Origin: an uncultured Bacilli bacterium
Lineage (GTDB): Bacteria; Bacillota_I; Bacilli_A; RF39; UBA660
DNA length: 64,000 bases
Assembly: GCA_944371315.1 (NCBI GenBank)
Contig: CALVXN010000003.1
Span: forward strand, 508-64,507
Direction: 5' to 3'
The notes under the pieces were generated by a model that worked only from the letters and a program-made list of their open reading frames with translations, was not told the DNA's origin and did no database searches. Positions within the stretch are counted from its first letter, which is position 1; each line of letters begins with the position of its first letter. A program made the translations under genes and the position numbers. This document shows positions 7,629 through 20,142 of this stretch, one piece after another.

Positions 7629-9809
7629 TTAATTATTATATACCTCTAATATTTTTTCTTTTAACGAAGTTTTTCTATTACTAGAATAATTATTATTAAT
7701 TGCTTTAACAAAGGCTTGGGCACTACCAACAATTGTTAAACTTTTTTTAGCACGACTGACACCCGTATAAACAAGTTTATTATAAAGCATTTTATAATAA
7801 CTAGTTGAAATCGGCATAATTACATGTTCAAACTCACTACCTTGACTTTTATGAATAGTTATTGCATAAGCATGTTTAATTTGTTTTAAGTCTTTTTTAG
7901 TATAAACAACTTTATTACCCTCAAAATCAATTGCTATATTACCACCATTTATTTCTTTTATATAACCGATATCACCATTAAATACATTTTTTTCTAAATC
8001 ATTTAATAATTGTAATACTTTATCGCCTTCTCTATAAGTTATATCTAAATATACAATTTCTCGTTTATTAATACTTGGTGGATTATAAATTTTTTGAAGT
8101 AATATATTTAAATTATCAATACCATTTTCTCCTTTATACATTGGAGCTAGAATTTGCATTTTTCTTTCATCAATCTTTTTCTTTAATGATATTCTAATAA
8201 TTTTTTCAATAGCATCTTTAATCATTGAATTATCAGTTTGAAAAAATGTATAATCGTCTTTTTTCTTTAAAAATTCTTCACTTAAATCATTGTTTTTTAT
8301 ATCTTTAGCTAAATAAGCAATATATGAATTATCGCTTTGACGATATATTTGATTTAAAGGAACAAAATTAAAATAATCACTACTTATTAAATCATCTAAA
8401 ACTAAACCAGGTCCTACACTTGGAAGTTGAAAAGTGTCTCCTACTAATATCAATTTAACATTAGATGAAATGCCATTTAATAATGCATTAAATAAATCCA
8501 CATCAATCATGCTAACTTCATCGACAATAATCAATTTATGATTAGTTTTATTATACTCATTGTAAAAAAAATCATTACTATCTTTATACCATTTTAAGTA
8601 TCTATGAATTGTATATGCAGGCAAATTAGTTGATGTTGCTAACTTTTTGCTTGCCCTACCTGTTGGTGCTAAAAGAGCTATATTTTCCATTATATCAGCA
8701 GGTCCTAATAATTTATCTTCAATATATAATTTGGTTATAGCATTAATTATTGTAGTTTTTCCAGTTCCTGGTCCACCAGAAATTATACAAATATTATTAT
8801 TCAATGCAGTAATTATTGCTTTTTCTTGATCTATATTATAATCTATACCTAATTTTTTTTCTAAATCTTCTAATTTTTCTTTTAAATTAACTATTTTTTT
8901 AACAGAATTTTCATTAATTTTTTTTAATGTATTAGCAATATTAAGTTCTTTTTTATAATAAGACATTAAATATATTCTTTTACCATCTATATAAATTTTT
9001 TCATCATTTACTAAATTATCAAATAAATAATCTAATACATCTACACTTAAAATAATACTAAATTCTTTTTCTAAAACTTTTAATATTTCCTCTTGATAGT
9101 AATAAGTATCACCATTTGTAAAGCTTAATATTTGCATTGATTCTAATATACAAGCTTTTATTCTAATATCATTATCTTTACTATAATTATTTTTATAAAT
9201 TGCATCAACTTTTTTAAAATCTATTATTTCTTTCAAATCATAAAAATAATCTCCTAAAATTTCATCTATTCTATCTTTAAATTTATTATAAATTCTTGAA
9301 CATTCTTCAATTGTAAATCCTAAATTTTGAAATTTTAATATTGCATCACTACTTTTATTATAATTTAATAATGAATTGTATATTTTAGCAGCCCGAATTG
9401 CTGTGATTCCCTCAATTTTAAGAAGATTATCTTGATTTTCTTTTATAATATCTAAAGTTTTTTCTCCAAAATAATCAACTATTTTTTTAGCAGTTCTTTC
9501 CCCACACCCTTCAATAAATGAACTCGCTAAAAATTCTATTATCCCATCTTTAGTAGTTGGAATATCTATTTCATAAGACTCAACTGCATATTGCATACCA
9601 AATTTATCATTATTAGTATAATAACCATATAAAGTCATACTAATATCAATATTAACATCAGTAAAAATACCTCTAACTGTTATACTTTTATTAACCTTAT
9701 CCATCATTACTTTATCATTGGTTTCTTTAATTCTAAATAAAGCAACTACATAGCCACTATCATTATTATGATAAATAATTTTTTTTAATTTTCCTTTTAT
9801 ATAATTCAT
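7629..9809 (-). CDS. recD2: RecD2-type ATP-dependent DNA helicase (RecD/TraA family)
   Basis: Walker A GGPGTGKTT, Walker B LIIVDEVSMID, C-terminal AITIHKSQGSEF and VYTGVSRAK motifs, and an N-terminal HhH-type region. Confidence 0.9.
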   Translation of the reverse strand: MNYIKGKLKKIIYHNNDSGYVVALFRIKETNDKVMMDKVNKSITVRGIFTDVNIDISMTLYGYYTNNDKFGMQYAVESYEIDIPTTKDGIIEFLASSFIEGCGERTAKKIVDYFGEKTLDIIKENQDNLLKIEGITAIRAAKIYNSLLNYNKSSDAILKFQNLGFTIEECSRIYNKFKDRIDEILGDYFYDLKEIIDFKKVDAIYKNNYSKDNDIRIKACILESMQILSFTNGDTYYYQEEILKVLEKEFSIILSVDVLDYLFDNLVNDEKIYIDGKRIYLMSYYKKELNIANTLKKINENSVKKIVNLKEKLEDLEKKLGIDYNIDQEKAIITALNNNICIISGGPGTGKTTIINAITKLYIEDKLLGPADIMENIALLAPTGRASKKLATSTNLPAYTIHRYLKWYKDSNDFFYNEYNKTNHKLIIVDEVSMIDVDLFNALLNGISSNVKLILVGDTFQLPSVGPGLVLDDLISSDYFNFVPLNQIYRQSDNSYIAYLAKDIKNNDLSEEFLKKKDDYTFFQTDNSMIKDAIEKIIRISLKKKIDERKMQILAPMYKGENGIDNLNILLQKIYNPPSINKREIVYLDITYREGDKVLQLLNDLEKNVFNGDIGYIKEINGGNIAIDFEGNKVVYTKKDLKQIKHAYAITIHKSQGSEFEHVIMPISTSYYKMLYNKLVYTGVSRAKKSLTIVGSAQAFVKAINNNYSSNRKTSLKEKILEVYNN

Positions 9810-11038
9810 AATACCCTACTATATATTTTACCAACATCTAATTTTTCATTTAATGTAACTAATAAATAATTACTTGTTCTACCAATACTTATATTTTCAT
9901 TGCACTCTTCTATTAATACATCAACATTATGACCAACAAAATTATTATAATAATCTTTTTCTAAATTATTAGATAATTCAATTAAAGCTTTTACTCTTTT
10001 TTTCTTATCAATTTCTGAAACTTGATAATCCATTGAAGCAGCTACAGTTCCTTCACGAGCAGAATATGGAAAAACATGAATTTTACTAAATTTAATTTTT
10101 TTTACAAAATCCAAACAATCTTGGAAATCGCTTTCAGTTTCATAAGGGTGCCCTACAATTATATCAGTTGTAATAGAAATATTAGGTCTAATACTTCTAA
10201 TTTTATTAATAGTATTTAAAAAATAATTTAAATCATATTTTCTATTCATTTTTTTAAGTATTTTATCACTACCAGATTGAAGAGGAATATGTAAGTGATC
10301 ACAAACCTTGGAATTTGTTTTTAATAAATCAATAAATTTATCTTGTAGTTCAGTTATTTCAATACTAGATATTCTTATTCTTTTTAAATCATTTATTTTA
10401 CTAAGTTCATTTATTAAGTCACATAAATCTTTACCATTACTCATATATCTTCCGGTATGAATACCTGTTAAAACTATTTCATGGTGATTACTAGCCACTA
10501 AATTTCTAACTTCTTCTAAAACTGTATCAAAATCCTTTGAACGAACACTACCTCTAACATATGGAATAATACAATAAGAGCAAAAATTGTCACATCCATC
10601 TTCAATTTTTACAAATGCCCTTACATGATTAAATGATTGAATTTTCATATCTTCAAATTCTAAACTACGTTCATTATAAAATTTGCAATATTTTTTCTTA
10701 TTAGCAATATAATTCATGATAATATCTGCAATTTTGCTTTTATCTTTATTACCTAAAAGAATATCAACATTTAACGATTTGTATAAATCTTGCTTATTTT
10801 GACTACTACAACCAGTAACAGCAAGTATTGCATTTGGATATTCTCTTTTAATATGTCTTATCATTTTTAAACATTTTTTATCAGCTATATTGGTAACTGT
10901 GCAAGTATTTACAATTATTATATTACATAAATCCAATTTCTCCTCATATGAAAAATTATGATGAAGCATTTTTTCCTTCATCATATTAGATTCGTATTGA
11001 TTAACTTTACAACCAAAAGTAATTATATTAAATTTCAT
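9806..11038 (-). CDS. mtaB: radical-SAM methylthiotransferase, MtaB/YqeV-like
   Basis: N-terminal UPF0004 Cys triad (FGCKVN...NTCTVT...GC), radical-SAM CDNFCSYC, and a C-terminal TRAM-like tail. Confidence 0.82.
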   Translation of the reverse strand: MKFNIITFGCKVNQYESNMMKEKMLHHNFSYEEKLDLCNIIIVNTCTVTNIADKKCLKMIRHIKREYPNAILAVTGCSSQNKQDLYKSLNVDILLGNKDKSKIADIIMNYIANKKKYCKFYNERSLEFEDMKIQSFNHVRAFVKIEDGCDNFCSYCIIPYVRGSVRSKDFDTVLEEVRNLVASNHHEIVLTGIHTGRYMSNGKDLCDLINELSKINDLKRIRISSIEITELQDKFIDLLKTNSKVCDHLHIPLQSGSDKILKKMNRKYDLNYFLNTINKIRSIRPNISITTDIIVGHPYETESDFQDCLDFVKKIKFSKIHVFPYSAREGTVAASMDYQVSEIDKKKRVKALIELSNNLEKDYYNNFVGHNVDVLIEECNENISIGRTSNYLLVTLNEKLDVGKIYSRVL

Positions 11039-11041
11039 AAC

Positions 11042-11521
11042 CTACCCCAATTCTTTTTGCAGTTGTTTAAGTGCTTGTAAAAAAGCTTCTTCTTTTGCAA
11101 AACTAATAACTCGAACATCAACCCTCGGAGTTGACTCAACATTTTTATTAACTAAATCATCTAAATTAACCTTTTTTATAGATAAATCATCGTGTAATTC
11201 TTCATTTTCATAATTAAGTTCATAATTATTATTTTTATGAAGCAATTCATCATAACTTATAATAGCTTTATCTTCTTGATCCTTTTCATATTCAGTAAAA
11301 TTTATAGTTGGCTCATCTTTCCCTATATTTTTTTGTATTTCTTTTACTATTTTCATTTCTGTCGTTTCTTCTTTCTTATCTTTTTCTTCCTCACTATTAA
11401 TCTTAATAAAATAAATCAAGGTTACAATTAAAATCATCAAAATCATCACAGCAAAGAAGAACACTATATCAACAAATGTTAAAGCTTTAATAAACTCCCA
11501 TATATCTGAAAAAATTTTCAT
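11042..11521 (-). CDS. hypothetical single-pass membrane protein with an acidic tail
   Basis: SD GGTGG lies 6 nt upstream. TTGACT-17-TAAAAT promoter upstream. One TM segment, then a Glu/Lys/Asp-rich region. No family recognised. Confidence 0.5.
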   Translation of the reverse strand: MKIFSDIWEFIKALTFVDIVFFFAVMILMILIVTLIYFIKINSEEEKDKKEETTEMKIVKEIQKNIGKDEPTINFTEYEKDQEDKAIISYDELLHKNNNYELNYENEELHDDLSIKKVNLDDLVNKNVESTPRVDVRVISFAKEEAFLQALKQLQKELG

Positions 11522-11699
11522 ACTCTACCACCACGAATTTATTTTATCATAAATGTTTTCAATTATTAATCCAATAAAGTAAACTTTACATATTGTTTTC
11601 ATATATTTTACAATGCATTTATAATATCTTTATAAAATATAAATACTTTATTGAGTTATTTTATAGTAGCCCAATAAGAAAGTCAATAAAAAAGGATAA

Positions 11700-12914
11700 C
11701 TAATTATCCTCAATTATTAACTTATATGGATTATCATAAGTCCCATCGCCTTCTACTTTAGCGGTTTTTATAATATTTATAACTGGTCTAACACCCCTAT
11801 ATAGATTACCAGCAGTATTATTAATTAAAGCTCCATTACTATCAACCATAAATGGATAAAATACACCATTAATATTTCTTGAACCAGTCATAGTCCAATA
11901 AGAAGTATCAATGTCCTCATTATATAAATAATAACTTTTATTTTCAGTGGTTGAAGCTCCAGCCATAGTAACCTCATCAGCAGTTAATAATCCAATTTTA
12001 CTATTATCAGAATCGCCTAAACATACAAAAGTAGGAATTTTATTAATAACAACCCTATTATAAGCATTATAAGTTATACCATCACTATCAATAACATTAT
12101 CATTACAAAACTTATAATAAGCTATATAATCACCATAATTATTTAAATAAGTATCATACCATGTGTTCAAAGTATCATAAACATTTGATTTTGAAAAAGA
12201 AATATCATCATCATAATAATTACTTACTTCATCAATTATTCCATCTAAAACTAATTTTACAGAGCCATCACCATTTATTTTTACTATTTTCCAATACATA
12301 TCTGCAAATAAAACATTATTGTTTAATACGTTACCTCTAAAATAATAAGCTACACCTAAATCATCTTTTTCTTCTAATAATCCTTCATCTAATATAGCAT
12401 TTTCTCCCATTTTACTTAATGAACTTTTACTTATCTCATTATTATTTAAAATAATATCGGCAAATAAGTTTTCCTCTTGGCTTTTTAATCCTATAACTAT
12501 TTTACCAGAATATTCTTCTGAAGATTCAACAATAAATTTCAATTCATAATTGACAGTTTCATTTGCATCTATAGCCACCTGATTTAATATAATGTCTGAT
12601 TTTAAAACATTGGAAATTTTAACATCATCAGATGACATTAATTCATAATTAACATTATTTGCTAATACATCAGAAATTTGAATATAATAATATTTAGTAT
12701 CTGTTCCATTATTAGTAATCGAAAAATTCATCGTAGAATTCCCTTTTAAATTAAAAACATCACCGTTCATATAATTAATTGTTAAGTCACCATCTACAAC
12801 AATATCTGATTTATCAATAACTTTATCATAAAATATATACCCAATGCCAATTGCTGCACATGCAATAAATAACATAAAAATGAAAATTAAAACAGATTTA
12901 AATCTTAATCTCAT
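11700..12914 (-). CDS. hypothetical signal-anchored extracellular protein
   Basis: N-terminal anchor. C-terminal GLLTADEVTMAG...YWTMT...GVRPVINI pattern seen in uncharacterised Bacillota surface proteins. Start at ATG 12914 (AAGGGA 8 nt upstream). Terminator hairpin overlaps the stop codon. Confidence 0.5.
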   Translation of the reverse strand: MRLRFKSVLIFIFMLFIACAAIGIGYIFYDKVIDKSDIVVDGDLTINYMNGDVFNLKGNSTMNFSITNNGTDTKYYYIQISDVLANNVNYELMSSDDVKISNVLKSDIILNQVAIDANETVNYELKFIVESSEEYSGKIVIGLKSQEENLFADIILNNNEISKSSLSKMGENAILDEGLLEEKDDLGVAYYFRGNVLNNNVLFADMYWKIVKINGDGSVKLVLDGIIDEVSNYYDDDISFSKSNVYDTLNTWYDTYLNNYGDYIAYYKFCNDNVIDSDGITYNAYNRVVINKIPTFVCLGDSDNSKIGLLTADEVTMAGASTTENKSYYLYNEDIDTSYWTMTGSRNINGVFYPFMVDSNGALINNTAGNLYRGVRPVINIIKTAKVEGDGTYDNPYKLIIEDN

Positions 12915-12993
12915 AAATATCATCCCTTAATTTTCTTATAACAATTATACTTTAGGATAAATTCAATGTCAATTCGAAGAAAATACAATTAAC

Positions 12994-13022
12994 CAAAAAA
13001 AATTAGCTTCAAAAGCTAATTT
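12994..13022 (-). terminator. rho-independent terminator after dnaJ
   Basis: Minus strand: AATTAGCTT-ttga-AGCTAATT followed by a T-run. Confidence 0.7.
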
Positions 13023-14153
13023 CTAACTTACATATTTTTTAAAATTTTTAAATTCAGAACTATCTTCTAGATTAGTTTTAGCAAGCTCTTGCAATAACGA
13101 TTTTTGATTTCTATCAAGTTTCGTAGGAATAATTATATTAATAACAGCATACATATTTCCTCTACTAAATGAATTTGGAGTTTTAATACCTTTACCCTTT
13201 AATTTAAGTTTAGTATAGTTTTGTGTTCCTGGCTTTATATCCAAATAAACATTACCATTTAATGTAGGAATTTCTTTTTTACAACCTAGAATAGCATCAG
13301 TTATAGTAATTGGAACTTCTAAATATATATCTGCTCCATCTCTTTCAAATAATGGATGTTCTTTTATTTTAAATTCTATAAATACATCACCATTAGCTCC
13401 ACCATTTAATCCTGCATTGCCTTTGCCACTTAACCTAAGTTGAAATCCTTCATCAACACCTTCAGGAATAGTTACAGTTAAAGTCTTTGTCTTTGAAACA
13501 ATACCCTTTCCATGACATTCATCACATATTGTTTCATAACTTTTTCCAACACCACGACAATCTGGACAAGTTTTTTGAGTTTGCATATAACCAAAAATAG
13601 TTTGTTGTTGTTCTAAAACTCTACCTGCACCACCACATGTTTTACAAGTTTTTTCACCAAAGCCGCCTTTTCCATGACAATTCGAACATTCAGCTGTCAA
13701 ATCCAATTTTATATCTTTTTCACAGCCAAAAGCAGCTTCTTCAAAAGTTAAATTTAAAACTACTCTAATATCTTTTCCCTTTGATGATCTATTACTATTG
13801 CTTGATCTTGAAGACCTTCCAAAACCACCAAAGCTTGAAAAAGCACCTCCAAAAAAATCGTTTAAAATATCATCCAAATTTATATCACTAGCATCAAATC
13901 CACCAAACCCACCAGCAGATCCTCCACCATTTTGGAAAGCAGCATGGCCAAATTGATCATATTGTCTTCTTTTATTAGGATCTGAAAGAACGGCATAAGC
14001 TTCCCCAATTTCTTTAAATTTTTCCTCAGCACCAGATTCTTTATTTACATCAGGATGATATTGCTTAGCTAATTTTCGAAATGCTCGTTTAATTTCTTCA
14101 TCAGTAGCATTTTTACTAACACCCAATATTTCATAATAATCTTTTTTATTCAT
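13023..14153 (-). CDS. dnaJ: co-chaperone DnaJ
   Basis: J-domain with HPD, G/F-rich linker, and four CxxCxGxG zinc motifs ([32 protein letters not shown]). Confidence 0.96.
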   Translation of the reverse strand: MNKKDYYEILGVSKNATDEEIKRAFRKLAKQYHPDVNKESGAEEKFKEIGEAYAVLSDPNKRRQYDQFGHAAFQNGGGSAGGFGGFDASDINLDDILNDFFGGAFSSFGGFGRSSRSSNSNRSSKGKDIRVVLNLTFEEAAFGCEKDIKLDLTAECSNCHGKGGFGEKTCKTCGGAGRVLEQQQTIFGYMQTQKTCPDCRGVGKSYETICDECHGKGIVSKTKTLTVTIPEGVDEGFQLRLSGKGNAGLNGGANGDVFIEFKIKEHPLFERDGADIYLEVPITITDAILGCKKEIPTLNGNVYLDIKPGTQNYTKLKLKGKGIKTPNSFSRGNMYAVINIIIPTKLDRNQKSLLQELAKTNLEDSSEFKNFKKYVS

Positions 14154-14156
14154 ATA

Positions 14157-15953
14157 TTACACCTTCTTATCAACAAGTTCTTCTAACAATTTTAACTTTT
14201 CCTCAAACATAGTAAATGCTTTTTTTATTGTTTTTTTATCAGTAATGTCAACACCAGTTTTTCTTAAAATATTAAGTGGATAATCGCTTGCTCCAGATTT
14301 CAAAAATTCCATATATTTAGATTTCATATCATTTTCATTATTTATTATATCGCTTGCAATAGATAGTGCAGCAATTAATCCAGTTGCATATTTATATACA
14401 TAAAATGAAGTATAAAAATGAGGAATTCTAGCCCATTCATATTTTATAGCATCATCAACAACTATATTTTTTCCGAAATATAATTTATTTAAATCATAAT
14501 ACGTATCACATAATAAATTAACTGTAATTGGAACATTTTCTTGATATTTTTCATGAATTATCTTTTCAAACTCAGCAAACATTGTTTGACGAAATATAGT
14601 TGTTCTCACCTTATCTAAAAAACTTGACAAATATAATATTTTTTCTTCATCACTTTTAGCATTTTTATAAAAATAATCATCAACTAATACCTCATTAACC
14701 GTAGATGCAATTTCTGCTAAAAATATTGGATAATTTGCATCATTATAACTTTGAGATTCGTTAGAATAAAAGGTATGCATTGCATGTCCCAATTCGTGCG
14801 CTAGTGTAGAAACTGAATCATTATTATTTTCATAATTTAAAGAAACATATGGATGAACCCCGTAACAACCCCATTGATAAGCACCACTTCTTTTATATTT
14901 ATTAGGATAAACATCAATCCAGCCATCAGTAAATGCATGATTTAGGTCTTCAATGTATTTATCACCTAATGGTTTAAGGGCATCTTTTACTATTTTTATA
15001 CCATCATCATATTTTAATTCACTATTATCATTTTTACCCAAATCTACATAAATATCATACATATGACTCTTAATTCCTAGAGCCTTATTTCTTACTTTTA
15101 TATATCTATACATTAAAGGTAAATAGTGATGTATTTCATTTATAAAGTTACCATAAACATCAACATTTATATTATCACTATATAAACTTTTTTCTAATGG
15201 ACTATTAAAACCTTTTGCATTACTAATAAAGAAATTTTCTTTTATTTTTCCTTTATATAATTCAGATATGGTATTAATAAATTTCGCAAAAAAAGCATAC
15301 ATATTTTTAAAAGCTTGTTTACGAACATTTCGATTATCACTACTCATAAATTTTATGTAATTTGAATTAGTCAATTTTACCTTTTTATTAGATTCATCTT
15401 TAATAAAACCTAAATCAATATCAACATTATCTAAACAAGAAAATGCATCATGAGGTGTTCCAAAACTATTAGTTGCTAAGGTAATTATTTTCTCTTCTTT
15501 TTCACTTAATGTATATTTTTGATACCTAAAAATTTTTTCTAGTAAAAAACTATATTTTTTAAGTTCTTTATTTTCCTTAATAAAACCTAATACTTCGTCA
15601 TAAGGAATAGATAATAACTCACTAGATGTAAAGTATGTTTTTGTATTTATGCTTTCAACTAATCTTTCAGCTCTTTCTTTATAATTAATTCCTATTTCAT
15701 TACTCATATCTTCATAATGAAATAAATATGAATATACATATACTTTTTCCAATAATTCATCAAGCCTACTAGATGTTTCCAAATATTTTAATAAATTATC
15801 ACTATTTTTAACAATATTACCTTTCATAGCAACAATTTTATCAGCTAACATATTTATTTCAGTGCATAATCTTTCATATTCTTCACTATCTTTAATCATA
15901 TCTTTTAAATTCCACTTAAAAGCATTAGCAATTTCGCAACGTTTTTTTTCCAT
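14157..15953 (-). CDS. pepF: oligoendopeptidase F (M3B)
   Basis: HELGHAMH zinc motif and overall PepF-like length and pattern. Its stop lies 3 nt from the dnaJ start, whose SD AAGAAGGTG is inside the pepF 3' end. Confidence 0.88.
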   Translation of the reverse strand: MEKKRCEIANAFKWNLKDMIKDSEEYERLCTEINMLADKIVAMKGNIVKNSDNLLKYLETSSRLDELLEKVYVYSYLFHYEDMSNEIGINYKERAERLVESINTKTYFTSSELLSIPYDEVLGFIKENKELKKYSFLLEKIFRYQKYTLSEKEEKIITLATNSFGTPHDAFSCLDNVDIDLGFIKDESNKKVKLTNSNYIKFMSSDNRNVRKQAFKNMYAFFAKFINTISELYKGKIKENFFISNAKGFNSPLEKSLYSDNINVDVYGNFINEIHHYLPLMYRYIKVRNKALGIKSHMYDIYVDLGKNDNSELKYDDGIKIVKDALKPLGDKYIEDLNHAFTDGWIDVYPNKYKRSGAYQWGCYGVHPYVSLNYENNNDSVSTLAHELGHAMHTFYSNESQSYNDANYPIFLAEIASTVNEVLVDDYFYKNAKSDEEKILYLSSFLDKVRTTIFRQTMFAEFEKIIHEKYQENVPITVNLLCDTYYDLNKLYFGKNIVVDDAIKYEWARIPHFYTSFYVYKYATGLIAALSIASDIINNENDMKSKYMEFLKSGASDYPLNILRKTGVDITDKKTIKKAFTMFEEKLKLLEELVDKKV

Positions 15954-15971
15954 ATGTCTCCTATCTTAGTA

Positions 15972-15995
15972 AAGGTTCTAGTTTCCTAGAACCTT
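15972..15995 (-). other. perfect 10-bp stem-loop between dnaK and pepF, with no U-tract
   Basis: AAGGTTCTAG-GAAA-CTAGAACCTT on the minus strand. The following sequence is tactaag, so it is not a canonical terminator. Confidence 0.5.
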
Positions 15996-16007
15996 AAATA
16001 TTATAAA

Positions 16008-17840
<1,833 letters not shown>

Positions 17841-17899
17841 TCATCCTTCCTTTTATTTATCAATTCATAAAATTATTTATTTTTAATTTTTTCCCCAAT

Positions 17900-18445
17900 T
17901 TATTCATTAACTTTTACCATAGCTACACGTATAACTTTATCTTTATATGTATAGCCTTTTTGTAAAACTTCCAAAACAACATTAGCAGGTAAGTTTTCAT
18001 CTTTTTCAGTTAAAACAGCTTCCATTTTATTTGGATCAAACTCCAACCCTTTGCAATCTATTTCTTTTACATCCATATTATTTAATATACTTAATAAATT
18101 AGTATAAATCATTTTAAAGCCACTTAAGAATTTTGAAAGTTCATCAGTTAAATCACGATCATCTAATTTTATAGCTCTTTCAAAATTATCTACAATTCCA
18201 AGTAGTTTAATTACTAGTTCTTCACCATCATATTTGCAAATACTACTTATTTCTTCTTCATATCTTCTACGCATATTTTGCATTTCAGCAGTAATCCTTA
18301 ATACTTTTTCATTAAGTGTTCTATTTTCTTCCTGCAATTTTTCTATTTTTTCATTGCTTTTGTTATCTTTTTTTTTTACACTTTTTGTTTTATCTTTAAC
18401 TTCTTTTATTTTTTCGTCTTTTTTAACTTCTTTACTTTCCATCAT
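17900..18445 (-). CDS. grpE: nucleotide exchange factor GrpE
   Basis: Lys/Glu-rich N-terminus, coiled coil, and C-terminal GrpE domain (FDPNKMEAV...VLQKGYTYKDKVIRVAMVKV). Start set at ATG 18445, overlapping the hrcA stop; the longer track start would overlap hrcA by 53 nt. Confidence 0.9.
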   Translation of the reverse strand: MMESKEVKKDEKIKEVKDKTKSVKKKDNKSNEKIEKLQEENRTLNEKVLRITAEMQNMRRRYEEEISSICKYDGEELVIKLLGIVDNFERAIKLDDRDLTDELSKFLSGFKMIYTNLLSILNNMDVKEIDCKGLEFDPNKMEAVLTEKDENLPANVVLEVLQKGYTYKDKVIRVAMVKVNE

Positions 18446-19457
18446 TTTCCTTTCTATTGTCCAAATTTTCATCCACATATTCAAGTAAACTTACAATTCT
18501 TTGATAATCCATTCTTTTTGGTCCTATTACAGCGATAGTTCCATCTTCACCATTTATATGATACTTTTTACGAATTATGGTAACATTTGGATCAAATTCA
18601 GACTCATCACCAATATAAATTTTTATCTCATTAGTATCGTTTTCATCTTTACTACTTACTTTTTCAATAAAATTAACATCTTCTAATTTATTGGCAAGTC
18701 TTTTAAGCTCTGCTACATCATTATATTCAGGCTGTTCAAATATTTTAGTTCTACCTGATATATGAACATTACTAGTATTATTAGAAACAAAATCATTAAA
18801 TGCATCATAAAATATATTATAAATCGTTTCATACTGCTGAATTTGCTTTTTAATAATTGGTTTTATTTCATTTTCTAATCTTGTTCCAACTTGATTAATC
18901 GGTGTTCCAACTAACAATTTATTTATAATTTCGCTAGTCTTAATAATTTCATTTATACTAATATTATCAGGAATATTAAATATTTTATTTTCTACAACTC
19001 CTTTATCAGTGCATACAACTGCAACAACTTGATTATCAGCAAGAGCAATAATATTTACTTGTAGTAATGCATTATCAGAACTATTCTTACCTAAAACAAC
19101 ACTAGTATAATTGGTTATTTCACTGATTATTTCCATACATTTAGTTATAGCATCACTCAAAACTAATTCTTTATTAGCAAATATTTTTTGAAGTTTTAGC
19201 ATATCACTACCTGTAATCTTTTCAGCTTCCATTAAATTTTCAACATAATAACGATATCCTTTTTCACTTGGAACTCTGCCTGAAGAAATATGATTTTTTT
19301 CAACATATCCTAAATCTTCTAAAATTGCCATTTCATTTCTAATTGTTGCACTTGAACAATCAAATTTTGAACAAAGCGCTTTAGAGCCTACTGGCTTAGC
19401 AGTTTTAATATATGTTTCTACTATCTCTTTTAAAAGACTATTTCTTCTATCGTCCAT
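18432..19457 (-). CDS. hrcA: heat-inducible transcription repressor HrcA
   Basis: N-terminal winged-helix (LLKEIVETYIKTAKPVGSKAL...SSATIRNEMAILEDLGY) and HrcA C-terminal domain. Followed by grpE-dnaK. Confidence 0.92.
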   Translation of the reverse strand: MDDRRNSLLKEIVETYIKTAKPVGSKALCSKFDCSSATIRNEMAILEDLGYVEKNHISSGRVPSEKGYRYYVENLMEAEKITGSDMLKLQKIFANKELVLSDAITKCMEIISEITNYTSVVLGKNSSDNALLQVNIIALADNQVVAVVCTDKGVVENKIFNIPDNISINEIIKTSEIINKLLVGTPINQVGTRLENEIKPIIKKQIQQYETIYNIFYDAFNDFVSNNTSNVHISGRTKIFEQPEYNDVAELKRLANKLEDVNFIEKVSSKDENDTNEIKIYIGDESEFDPNVTIIRKKYHINGEDGTIAVIGPKRMDYQRIVSLLEYVDENLDNRKENDGK

Positions 19458-19476
19458 AATCTTACCTCTTTATCGT

Positions 19477-19503
19477 TTAGCACTCATAATTTTTTAGTGC
19501 TAA
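19477..19503. promoter_or_regulatory. CIRCE operator, near-consensus
   Basis: TTAGCACTC-ataattttt-TAGTGCTAA matches 17 of 18 positions of TTAGCACTC-N9-GAGTGCTAA. Lies between the -10 and the hrcA SD. Confidence 0.9.
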
Positions 19504-19507
19504 ACTC

Positions 19508-19550
19508 ATTATAATATTATGTTTAGCACTTGTCAATATATAACTGCTAA
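19508..19550 (-). promoter_or_regulatory. hrcA operon promoter overlapped by a second, degenerate CIRCE
   Basis: Minus strand: TTGACA (19531-19536), 17 nt, TATAAT (19508-19513). TTAGCACTT-N10-AACTGCTAA at 19523-19550 overlaps the -35. Confidence 0.7.
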
Positions 19551-19561
19551 TTTATAAAAAA

Positions 19562-19590
19562 TTGACAATGAAGATTAAGATTGATATAAT
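19562..19590 (+). promoter_or_regulatory. consensus promoter of the divergent 173-aa gene
   Basis: TTGACA (19562-19567), 17 nt, TATAAT (19585-19590). Confidence 0.6.
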
Positions 19591-19613
19591 TTTTTTATAA
19601 AGAAGGTAGAAAA

Positions 19614-20135
19614 ATGAACCAATTAAATGAACAAAAACTTGATATAAGCGGAACAGAAATTAATGGAAAAACTTACATAGATGCCGATTATCTTGCTGCT
19701 TTATTAGCAGCAGCAGAAAAGATAAAAAAACAAAAAGAAGAAACACAAAATATATTATATAAAGATAATAAAATAATAGATTTCAAAAACGATGTAAGAA
19801 GAATCTGGGGAGATTGTATAGCACATGGTCCAAGGCCTTGGGAAAATAAAGAAAATGTAATTGGCGAAGCATTAAATGTAGATTACTGTTTTAACAAAGA
19901 TAAAATTTTAGAACATGCCGATGAAATAAAACAACTTCTAAGTCAAGTTCACAAAGCAACAACGTATGATGAATTAAAAATATTAGACTCAGGTGAAAAT
20001 TGGACAATATTAAGACAACATGTTAGTATGCTAATGGCTCTAGGAAATGCATTAGAATTAGTTGATTTTAAAGAAAATAGATTAGATTGGGATGCAAAAG
20101 AAACTGAAAACCCACAAATTAGCTTTAAAATTTAA
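19614..20135 (+). CDS. hypothetical cytoplasmic protein (173 aa)
   Basis: SD AGAAGGTAG, consensus promoter, clean ORF. No family recognised. Confidence 0.5.
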   Translation: MNQLNEQKLDISGTEINGKTYIDADYLAALLAAAEKIKKQKEETQNILYKDNKIIDFKNDVRRIWGDCIAHGPRPWENKENVIGEALNVDYCFNKDKILEHADEIKQLLSQVHKATTYDELKILDSGENWTILRQHVSMLMALGNALELVDFKENRLDWDAKETENPQISFKI

Positions 20136-20142
20136 AAAAATA